Origin: Candidatus Delongbacteria bacterium
Lineage (GTDB): Bacteria > CAIWAD01
Assembly: GCA_963663545.1 (NCBI GenBank)
Contig: OY760505.1
Span: forward strand, 1,664,001-1,728,000
Reading direction: 5' to 3'
Length of the DNA: 64,000 bases
Each line of letters starts with the position of its first letter. Within the stretch, counting starts at the first letter, position 1. The notes under the pieces are model-generated. The model was not told where the DNA came from. It saw nothing but the letters and a program-made list of their open reading frames with translations, and made no database searches. Below, one piece after another: positions 56,346 through 64,000 of this stretch. The translations under genes and the position numbers were made by a program.

Positions 56346-56873
56346 ATGAAGAATCCGATTGGCATCCTATCCGCAGCCTTACTACTGATTATCGCTGCGG
56401 CCGTGCTTAGCAACCTTCCGCAACGCGGTGGCCGTCCAATGCCTCCGCCGAATGGCATGCGGCATCCGGGAGAGCCTCCACACTTCATTGACCGCAACCA
56501 GGACGGCTTCAACGATCTGGCTCCCGACCATGATGGCGATGGAATCCCCGATCCGCTGGACCCCGACGCCCGTATTGATCCCGGCTTTGACCGTTGGGCG
56601 CGCTATCGGGCAATGCCGGACAGCGTGCGCAGCGACAGCCTGCTCTTTGTCGCCTGGATTCGTCATCATCACCCGCGCCTGGACCCGGTGCGCGCCTGGG
56701 AACATTGGCAACACTTACAGCATGAAACTCCGCCCTGTTTCTGGCAACCGATGGGGCCCGATTGCCCGGCTTCACGTGCCACGAAGCGGATGCGGGATCG
56801 CCGTGATATGATGCCCCCAGACGAAGCTCTCGAAGAGGGCCAGAATCGACGTCCACGTCGCCGTATGCCATAG
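56346..56873 (+). CDS. Exported protein with DxDxDG calcium-binding-like motifs
   Basis: N-terminal hydrophobic helix; FIDRNQDGFND..DHDGDGIPD. Confidence 0.6.
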   Translation: MKNPIGILSAALLLIIAAAVLSNLPQRGGRPMPPPNGMRHPGEPPHFIDRNQDGFNDLAPDHDGDGIPDPLDPDARIDPGFDRWARYRAMPDSVRSDSLLFVAWIRHHHPRLDPVRAWEHWQHLQHETPPCFWQPMGPDCPASRATKRMRDRRDMMPPDEALEEGQNRRPRRRMP

Positions 56874-57138
56874 TGCGTTACCAGGAAACCCTTCCCTACA
56901 ACCTCGGGATCGAATCATCACTCGGTTGAGGCCACCCTATCCCCTTCTTCCAGTCGCTCACTTCGTCCTATTCGTCGAAAGCCGTTGTGGATTTCGACCC
57001 TTTAGTCGAGATCCGCTTGTCACAAGCAGCGTGACACAAGTCTCCGACGCAGTGCCTTGGTGCAATTCCTGAAATCGGGCATTGATTTCGTGCTACTTAG
57101 CCGCCCCTTCCCGGTAATGGTTTGCAGAAGCAGGATTC

Positions 57139-57153
57139 TGGCATGGTTCCTGC
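57139..57153 (+). promoter_or_regulatory. Sigma54 -24/-12 promoter
   Basis: TGGCATGGTTCCTGC (GG-N10-GC) 47 bp upstream of the Spy-like gene. Confidence 0.7.
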
Positions 57154-57200
57154 CTAGTCCTGGATTGAAGACAGTTGAAACACAAAACAGGAGATATCCA

Positions 57201-57749
57201 ATGAAAAACAAGTCGATTCTCACCCTCGCCGCGATTATGATGATGGCTTCCGCAGTGTTTGCGGGTCCGGGTTGTGGTAATGGGCACATGGGCGGTCCTC
57301 AGCAGGGCGATGGTCCCCAGATGGGCGCCAGTCAGTGCACGGGCAACTGCCACGGCAAGAATGCTGATCCAATGGAAGAGCTCGGTCTGACCAGCGAGCA
57401 GAAGCAGCAGATCGAAGAGATTCAGGATGCAACCCGCTTGGCCATGATCGATCTGGAAGCCGCCGCAGAGAAGGCCCAGTTGGCCATGCACACGGCGATC
57501 AAGGATGGTGAGAGCCTGAACGTGATTAACAAGAAGATTGACGCTTTGACTCAGACCCGCGGTGAGATTTTGAAGAAGCGCGTCGCGACTCATGCCGCAG
57601 TGCGCGAAGTCCTCACTCCTGAGCAGCGCGAGAAATTTGACGACCTGGCACCGATGTGGTTGGAAGGTGGCAAGGGCCGGGGGATGTCCGAGAGCAACGG
57701 CGGTGGCGAGCACCATCGCAACGAGCGCGGACAAGGTCGCTGCCGCTGA
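57201..57749 (+). CDS. Spy/CpxP family periplasmic protein
   Basis: Signal peptide, LGLTSEQ and VLTPEQR motifs. Confidence 0.9.
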   Translation: MKNKSILTLAAIMMMASAVFAGPGCGNGHMGGPQQGDGPQMGASQCTGNCHGKNADPMEELGLTSEQKQQIEEIQDATRLAMIDLEAAAEKAQLAMHTAIKDGESLNVINKKIDALTQTRGEILKKRVATHAAVREVLTPEQREKFDDLAPMWLEGGKGRGMSESNGGGEHHRNERGQGRCR

Positions 57750-57771
57750 CAGCCAGCTTCATCACTCTCTT

Positions 57772-57801
57772 CGAAAGGTCCGGCCCCTGGTCGGGCCTTT
57801 C
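57772..57801. terminator. Hairpin terminator
   Basis: GAAAGGTCCGGCC...GGTCGGGCCTTTC followed by ATTTT. Confidence 0.6.
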
Positions 57802-58063
57802 ATTTTGTAGCAGCGCGCGGCAGAAAGCGGTAATAGAGCATCAGGTCAAAGCCCACCAGACACGCGTTCAACGCGTACAGCGACACTACCCAATCCATGT
57901 TGTAGAACACCTTGTGCAGAATGCCCATGGTGTAGCCTAGAATCAGAATCACCATAAAGAGCGGACTCTTGCCCTCGACCTTGCGCGTGCGCAGCGCCTT
58001 CAGAATGGAGATCGGCCAGCTCAGGCCGAAGCAGATCAGCATAGCGGCTTCAAAGGGAGACAT
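57800..58063 (-). CDS. Small PQ-loop-like membrane protein
   Basis: FEAAMLICFGLSWPISI.K..RTRKVEGKS; three TM segments. Confidence 0.7.
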   Translation of the reverse strand: MSPFEAAMLICFGLSWPISILKALRTRKVEGKSPLFMVILILGYTMGILHKVFYNMDWVVSLYALNACLVGFDLMLYYRFLPRAATK

Positions 58064-58090
58064 AGTTCCTCGCGTTTTGCGCAAAAACTA

Positions 58091-58122
58091 GCAGTCCGCC
58101 ACCACATTGGATGACGGACTGC
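58091..58122 (-). terminator. Probable terminator of the efflux operon
   Basis: GCAGTCCG...CGGACTGC stem followed by TAGTTTTT on the minus strand. Confidence 0.55.
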
Positions 58123-58143
58123 AAATAGAAACAAGCGGATTTT

Positions 58144-58323
58144 CTACTTAGTATCAGGAGGCCCTGGATTCTCCTGTTGTTCCTTCATTTGCTTCTCGAC
58201 AGAAGGAGGTACACCACAGGTGCCGCCGGCACCCGGGTTGGCTCAAGTGGGCACTCCGAGCTTTGGAAAAATCACCCACTGCAAAAGGATCCAGAGAGCC
58301 AGGATTCCCAGCAATTCCAGCAT
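58144..58323 (-). CDS. Candidate 59-aa membrane selenoprotein (in-frame UGA at codon 27); 26 aa if not recoded
   Basis: AAGGAG RBS; MLELLGILALWILLQWVIFPKLGVPT-TGA-ANPGAGGTCGVPP...DTK-TAG; hairpin directly after the TGA. Confidence 0.55.
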
Positions 58324-58391
58324 CGAACGCGCTCCTTTCCTGAGGCTTCCGGTTTCTTTTTCAGATTTGGCCTGCATCAGGCTGCTCCAAC

Positions 58392-58676
58392 TTAGAGTTC
58401 TACGGTAACATCCCAGTGCATCATTTTGATGCGTTCGGCGCACTCGCTGCAATAGCTGCGAACACGTGATACAACGCGCTCCAGGTCTTCCGGCTTCAGT
58501 AACGCCAACACTACCGCACTTGTATCCGGAGATGTAAGCGAACCAAGCCTCTCCCCGGAAGATCCCATGCCCCGCACGTGGGAGATTTCGGTCCAGCCCG
58601 TGACACCTTCATGCTTAAGCATTACCTCCAGCTCCTCCTTGTGAGAGCTGTCGATGATCGTCATCAGCATTTTCAT
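58392..58676 (-). CDS. P-II-like transporter-associated protein
   Basis: MKMLMTII...GVTGWTEI..VRGMGSSG. Confidence 0.75.
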   Translation of the reverse strand: MKMLMTIIDSSHKEELEVMLKHEGVTGWTEISHVRGMGSSGERLGSLTSPDTSAVVLALLKPEDLERVVSRVRSYCSECAERIKMMHWDVTVEL

Positions 58677-58891
58677 TTTGTATCACCCCCGTGATGCGTG
58701 GGAAGCCCCAACTTCTTCAACAGACTAATGGCCGGACACCAACGAGTGAACGCCGACTGCAGCAGGTTGAGTCCTACAAAAGCAGTCAACCACAACCAGT
58801 TGGAAGACAGCTGCGCCAGTACAAGACTTAGCAGAATCATTGTGCCCGCCAAGGCCCGAAGGGCTTCATCGACCGTCATACGCATGGTCAT
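58673..58891 (-). CDS. DUF2892 (YgaP-like) membrane protein
   Basis: WLWLTAFVGLNLLQSAFTRWCP. Confidence 0.9.
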   Translation of the reverse strand: MTMRMTVDEALRALAGTMILLSLVLAQLSSNWLWLTAFVGLNLLQSAFTRWCPAISLLKKLGLPTHHGGDTK

Positions 58892-58894
58892 CTC

Positions 58895-61800
58895 CTAGAT
58901 CTTGTCCTGTTGTATCACACAATCTGTGCCGACCACTCGTAGATACATGTAGTACAGCAGCGGAATCAGAATCAAGGTCAACGCGGTGGAAACCAGCACA
59001 CCGGCAATCAGTGATACAGCCAGACCTTGGAAAATCGGATCCAGATAGATCACAGCTGCACCCACAACTAGCGCCAGCGCCGTCAACAGAATGGGACGGA
59101 ATCGCACCGCACCGGCCTTGCGTACTGCGTCCTCAAGCGTTTCGCCACCTCGCAGCTCCAGATTGATGAAGTCCACCAGCAGAATTGAATTGCGCACAAT
59201 GACTCCTGCCAGTGCGATGAAACCAATCATCGACGTAGCAGTGAAGTACGTGCCTGTCAACGCGTGGCCTGGCAGAATGCCAATCAAGGTCAGCGGAATG
59301 GGCGCCATAATGATCAGCGGTGTGATGAAGGACTTGAACCAGCCCACCACTAACACGTAGATCAGCACCATCACGATGGCAAAAGCCAGCCCCATGTCAC
59401 GGAATACCTCGTAGGTAATGTGCCACTCACCGTCCCACTTCAGCGCATACTCCTGGCTATTGGTAGGCATATGCGTGGTCATCACCTTCAGTTTACTGCC
59501 GTCCGGTGATACCAAGGATTCGATTTGCTCCTGCATATCAAGAATGGCGTACACAGGACTCTCAGCCTTTCCGCCAACCTCGCCCGTGACGTAGGTTACC
59601 GGCTGCAGATTCTTGTGATACAAATACGGCTCACGTTGGCTGTTCTCGACCCGAACCAGTTCTGCCAGCGGCACCATGCGGCCATCGCCGGCGTGTACCG
59701 TCAAGTTCAGCAGATCGTCCACACGGCTGCGCTGCGAGCGGTCAAGGCGTAACACAAGCGGCACCGGGGCACGCTCATGCTCGACATGCAGCAGACCGGG
59801 TTCGCCACCACTTAACGCAACATGAATAGTGCGTGATACCTGTTCCACGCTGACACCGGAGCGGATGGCCTTCTCGTGATCCACTACCAGCTCGGTACGC
59901 GGGCCTGGCTCCTCCACCATCCAGTCGGCGTCGACAATGGCAGGTGAGCTTTCAAACACATCCAGCACCTTGCGGGCAAGTGATACACGTCCCTCATCGC
60001 TGGGGCCGTAAATCTCGGCTACCATGGTGGAGATCACCGGCGGTCCGGGTGGCACTTCGGCGACCTTGATTCGTACCCCGTGTTTGCGCGCGATTGGATT
60101 CAGCAGCTCACGCACATGCTTGGCAAAGTCGTGACTCACTGTATCACGTAGGTGTTTGTCAACCAGGTTGATCTGGATGTCCGCCTGATTAGCCTGGTTG
60201 CGCAGGAAGTAATGACGGACGAGACCGTTGAAGTTGAAGGGGGCCGACGTACCTACGTACACCTGATAGTCTGTGACTTCAGGCAAATCGGCAAAGACCA
60301 GAGCCAGCTCGCGAGCGGCGGCATTTGTCTGCTCCAGAGTAAATCCCTCGGGAGCATCAATGACGACTTGCAGCTCACTCTTGTTGTCATGCGGCAGCAT
60401 CTTGACAATGACCGCACGCATGGGTAATAGCATGGTGCTTAGGAGCAATAGACCGACCACGCCGGCGAGTGTCACATAACGCTTCACGGGAGAGGCTAAC
60501 AGCGGATCCATGATGCGCGCATAACCTCTGTGGAGCTTGCCCTCTTCTGCTGTCTCGTCGTGGGGCGTTGTCCCGGCACTCTGCTGCTCTGCCTTCTTTT
60601 TGAAAAGCTTGTGAGTTAACCACGGTGATACAACAAAGGCGACCAGCAGTGAGAAGAACATGGCGGCCGAAGCATTAACCGGAATGGGTCGCATGTAGGG
60701 GCCCATCAAACCGGACACAAAGGCCAAGGGCAGCAGGGCGCCGATTACCGTGAAAGTGGCTAGAATCGTCGGATTTCCTACTTCATCCACACCAAATACC
60801 GTCGCACGCTTCGGTGGAGCCCACTTCAAGGTGTAGTGCCTGTGGATGTTCTCCACGACGACAATGGCGTCGTCCACCAGAATGCCGATGGAAAATATCA
60901 GCGCGAAGAGTGTCACACGATTCAGCGTATAGCCGAAGAAATAGCTGGCCGCCAAGGTCAGCGCCAGTGTCACGGGCACGGCCACCAGCACAACCACACC
61001 TTCGCGCCACCCGAGCATGAAGGCCATTAGTATTACAACCGATAAAGTGGCCAGCCAGACGTGGAAAATCAGCTCGTTGGATTTCTCCTCTGCTGTGAAG
61101 CCGTAATCTCTAGTCTTGGTGACGTGGATATCGCCGGGAATCACTGTCCCCGATAGCTCTGACAGGCGTGCATCCAGATCTGCCACCAGCTCTACCGCGT
61201 TCGTACCCGGCTTCTTGCTGATAGAGAGTGTTACAGCAGGAGCATCCATTCCCGCACGATCGATACCCACTTCGGGCGCCGCCGGGCCGGTCCCCATCCA
61301 CACATACTGCGAGGGCTCTTCGGGTCCATCGGCGATTTGTGCTACGTCATTCAGATAGACGGGTCGCCCGTGATACACGCCAACTACTGTTCGCGCCACA
61401 TCTTCCGAAGTACGCAGGAAGTCACCAACGTACACTTCCACTAGCTGATTGGAAGCATTGAAATCTCCAGCGGGAAGACGCCAGTTTGCCCCTTCTATCG
61501 CCTGCCATGCTTGTAATACGGACACATTGAAGGATGCCAGGCGGGTTTGGTCGAAGTCAACGCGCACTACACGCCGCTGACCGCCCAGCACGGAAGTTTG
61601 TGCTACACGCGGATGGCGCGTGAACTCTGCCTGCAATTCATCAGCAACACGGCGCAGCTCGGTCGGCGACTTTCCCTCACCCCAAACCGTGTACGCCACA
61701 GCGGGAACGTCATCAATGGTGCGCGGCACAATGAGCGGCTGCATCACGCCGGGCGGCATGCGATCCATCGCCGCCATCAGCTTTGTGTGTACACGTACAG

Positions 61801-62200
61801 CGGCCTGATCGGGATCAGTACCGACTTTGAACCGCACGATGATCATTCCGCCAGAGGGCATCGATGTGGAGTAGATGTAATCCACGTTTTCGATTTCATA
61901 GAGCAGCTTCTCGGCAGGAAGAATCATACGCTGCTCTACCTCCTTGGCATCTGCACCAGGGAAACCAAGCATCACGTCGATCATCGGCACCTTGATCTGG
62001 GGCTCTTCTTCGCGCGGTGTCACAAACACAGCAAATGCACCCAACAGAAGTGCCGCCAGCACCAGCAGTGGCGTCAGCTTGCTCTCAAGGAACATAGCCG
62101 CCAACTGACCAGAAATGCCCACGCGTCTGCGGTTCATCTTCTCCCGCAGAGCCTCGCGCCGAGTTTGCTCAAGGGTGGATTGAGTCTTTGTGTCACTCAT
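58895..62200 (-). CDS. RND efflux permease (AcrB/AcrD/AcrF family)
   Basis: PREEEPQI, GILVDDAIVVVENI, RFRPILLT. Confidence 0.96.
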   Translation of the reverse strand: MSDTKTQSTLEQTRREALREKMNRRRVGISGQLAAMFLESKLTPLLVLAALLLGAFAVFVTPREEEPQIKVPMIDVMLGFPGADAKEVEQRMILPAEKLLYEIENVDYIYSTSMPSGGMIIVRFKVGTDPDQAAVRVHTKLMAAMDRMPPGVMQPLIVPRTIDDVPAVAYTVWGEGKSPTELRRVADELQAEFTRHPRVAQTSVLGGQRRVVRVDFDQTRLASFNVSVLQAWQAIEGANWRLPAGDFNASNQLVEVYVGDFLRTSEDVARTVVGVYHGRPVYLNDVAQIADGPEEPSQYVWMGTGPAAPEVGIDRAGMDAPAVTLSISKKPGTNAVELVADLDARLSELSGTVIPGDIHVTKTRDYGFTAEEKSNELIFHVWLATLSVVILMAFMLGWREGVVVLVAVPVTLALTLAASYFFGYTLNRVTLFALIFSIGILVDDAIVVVENIHRHYTLKWAPPKRATVFGVDEVGNPTILATFTVIGALLPLAFVSGLMGPYMRPIPVNASAAMFFSLLVAFVVSPWLTHKLFKKKAEQQSAGTTPHDETAEEGKLHRGYARIMDPLLASPVKRYVTLAGVVGLLLLSTMLLPMRAVIVKMLPHDNKSELQVVIDAPEGFTLEQTNAAARELALVFADLPEVTDYQVYVGTSAPFNFNGLVRHYFLRNQANQADIQINLVDKHLRDTVSHDFAKHVRELLNPIARKHGVRIKVAEVPPGPPVISTMVAEIYGPSDEGRVSLARKVLDVFESSPAIVDADWMVEEPGPRTELVVDHEKAIRSGVSVEQVSRTIHVALSGGEPGLLHVEHERAPVPLVLRLDRSQRSRVDDLLNLTVHAGDGRMVPLAELVRVENSQREPYLYHKNLQPVTYVTGEVGGKAESPVYAILDMQEQIESLVSPDGSKLKVMTTHMPTNSQEYALKWDGEWHITYEVFRDMGLAFAIVMVLIYVLVVGWFKSFITPLIIMAPIPLTLIGILPGHALTGTYFTATSMIGFIALAGVIVRNSILLVDFINLELRGGETLEDAVRKAGAVRFRPILLTALALVVGAAVIYLDPIFQGLAVSLIAGVLVSTALTLILIPLLYYMYLRVVGTDCVIQQDKI

Positions 62201-63266
62201 TGGGAACCTCGACGATTGGCGTACCATCGGGAATCGAAGTGCTCAACGCAGCCACAATGCGCTCAGAGCCGGAAAGCCCGCTCAGTATCTCTACCATGCC
62301 ATCGGTTACGCTACCGGTAGTCACGGCACGAGTGCGGGCAATGCCGCCCGCGTCTACGACCGTAACCAAACTGAGACCGCCAGCGCGTAATACGGCCCCC
62401 TCGGGCACCGCAAAATGCTGCACCGGATCGCCGGAAACGATTGCACGACCGGCCAACCCCGTCATCAAATCATAGCCGCCCAAGTCCACCTTGACGATGA
62501 AAGTGTGAGTTGCCATGTCGGCCGAAGGCACGATTTCGACTACGCGACCGGTTAGTGTTCCTAAGTCAGGACGCGAATCAACGGTCACAGGAAGCTGTGC
62601 TCCCATGCGCACATGTCCAATGTCAGCCTCGCGAACGTTCAGCCACAGGCGGCGACCTGTCAGCGACTGCAGGCGCACCAATGGACGCCCTGGAGCGGCC
62701 AGATCCCCCAGGTTCACCAATTTTTCCACTACAATGGCGTCAAAGGGTGAACGCACAAGACTTTCATCTGCCACGGAACTGGCCGCAGAAACCGCGCCCC
62801 CGGCTTGCTCAACAGCTCCCTTGGCCTGTTCGTACTGCATGCGCGCCATGTCCAACTCCATTTCAGAGCAGGAATTGCGCTCGAATAGCTGACGGTAGCG
62901 CTCGTAGTTGCGCTCAGCCATTGCCAGCGCTGCCTCGGCCTGGGAAGCGGCGCCCTGTGCCTGGGCCAATTGGCCGTGTGACAAATCCTGTTGGATCTCA
63001 AGCAACACCTGGTTTCGTGATACACGGTCCCCGGCTGCTGCATGCAATGCAACCACTGGACCCATTGCACGACTAGAGACAAAGGTCTCACGCTCGGGCT
63101 GAACCGTGCCCTGCACCTCGATACGACGTGCGTCATCTACGATTTGGACGTGTGTCACGGTAGCAGCAACAGGTTGACGCTCGGCATGCGCTTGCTCAGC
63201 TTTCTCGTGCCCGCAAGACACCAACAGAACCGTCAAGGGCAACAGGATATAGAAGAGACGCTTCAT
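62193..63266 (-). CDS. RND periplasmic adaptor (membrane fusion) lipoprotein
   Basis: Lipobox LVSC; hairpin and lipoyl motifs (GDRV, RSPFDA). Confidence 0.93.
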   Translation of the reverse strand: MKRLFYILLPLTVLLVSCGHEKAEQAHAERQPVAATVTHVQIVDDARRIEVQGTVQPERETFVSSRAMGPVVALHAAAGDRVSRNQVLLEIQQDLSHGQLAQAQGAASQAEAALAMAERNYERYRQLFERNSCSEMELDMARMQYEQAKGAVEQAGGAVSAASSVADESLVRSPFDAIVVEKLVNLGDLAAPGRPLVRLQSLTGRRLWLNVREADIGHVRMGAQLPVTVDSRPDLGTLTGRVVEIVPSADMATHTFIVKVDLGGYDLMTGLAGRAIVSGDPVQHFAVPEGAVLRAGGLSLVTVVDAGGIARTRAVTTGSVTDGMVEILSGLSGSERIVAALSTSIPDGTPIVEVPNE

Positions 63267-63269
63267 TCT

Positions 63270-64000
63270 TTATTCCTCCTCACTCGCAAACAAGGACAAT
63301 CCAGCAGCATGACGCAGGGCAAAGGCCTCGCGATACGTATCGTGACGGGCTACCAGCTCGCGGACTTCCAGTTCGCGCAATGCTGTTTCCGCATCCAGTA
63401 GATCAATCATCTGTGATACACCCTGACGGAAGCGCTCTTCCACAACGCGCAGATTCTCGCGACCGGCTTCCAAGGCGGCTTGCGCTGCATCAAGACGAAG
63501 CTGCGCAGCATTGAAATTTGCGTGTGCCTGCTTCACTTGCAGCTGCACGCCCTCTTCAAAGCGTGATACATCCTCGGCATAGGATCGAGCCATCGCTCGT
63601 GCGTGTTGCATCTTGGCACGATCACTGCCACCTGAAAACAGATTGATGCTCACAACTCCCTTGACCGACCAGGATGTCGCCTCAAGGCCCAGGATCTGAT
63701 CATCCCAGGCATCGTAGTTCCCTTGAACTCCAATGGTCGGCAGAAAGGCAGCAGCCGCCACATCTTCTTCACGCTCCCCAGCCTTTTGCATCAGGCGAGC
63801 ACCAAGTAAATCGTGACGATTTTCAACTGCCATCAACAGGCAAGATTCCACGGAAGGATCTGCGACGGGCATCTCGGGCAGCATACCCAAATCGTGCTCG
63901 CGGTCTTGAGGCAATCCCAGATTGAAATTCAACGCAGCCAGGGCCAACTCAGCACCGCTACCGGCGCGTGTCACAAGCTCATCCATCTCGGCAAGGTAGA
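63270..64000 (-). CDS. TolC-family outer membrane protein; 5' end lies beyond the window
   Basis: AAFLPTI, INLFSGG, RFRQGVSQMIDLLDAE. Confidence 0.9.
   Translation of the reverse strand, partial: YLAEMDELVTRAGSGAELALAALNFNLGLPQDREHDLGMLPEMPVADPSVESCLLMAVENRHDLLGARLMQKAGEREEDVAAAAFLPTIGVQGNYDAWDDQILGLEATSWSVKGVVSINLFSGGSDRAKMQHARAMARSYAEDVSRFEEGVQLQVKQAHANFNAAQLRLDAAQAALEAGRENLRVVEERFRQGVSQMIDLLDAETALRELEVRELVARHDTYREAFALRHAAGLSLFASEEE

Overview
The window has three parts and probably comes from an FCB-group bacterium (inferred from YPNPFNP C-terminal sorting domains). (1) About 1-25,880 is the right-hand part of a temperate prophage. A long minus-strand operon runs from early genes through a recombination module (Cas4-like nuclease, AAA_24 ATPase, DUF669 SSB), a replication initiator with internal iterons, a histone-fold gene and a ParB-methyltransferase to terS/terL, followed by a nucleotidyl-cyclase-like moron cut by the window edge. 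The divergent XRE repressor is followed by about 11 kb of cargo (an IS256-interrupted operon and two large secreted beta-helix proteins), a tyrosine integrase and a 3' tRNA(CAT) fragment marking the att site. (2) About 26,000-37,730 is a defence island: a type I R-M system whose hsdS is split by an IS3 element, with an NDT-like/SLATT/TIR/TIR-TM cluster and an inverted HigBA module nested between hsdS and hsdR. (3) About 38,200-64,000 holds host-like genes: two large mosaic surface proteins, a double-cubane protein and its activase, a sigma54 two-component system with a Spy/CpxP target, and an RND efflux operon ending in a candidate UGA-recoded selenoprotein. The best leads are the phage histone, the nested NDT-SLATT-TIR-TIR cluster, the candidate selenoprotein, the IS-split HsdS and the cyclase moron. 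All family assignments come from reading motifs by eye; no database searches were run.
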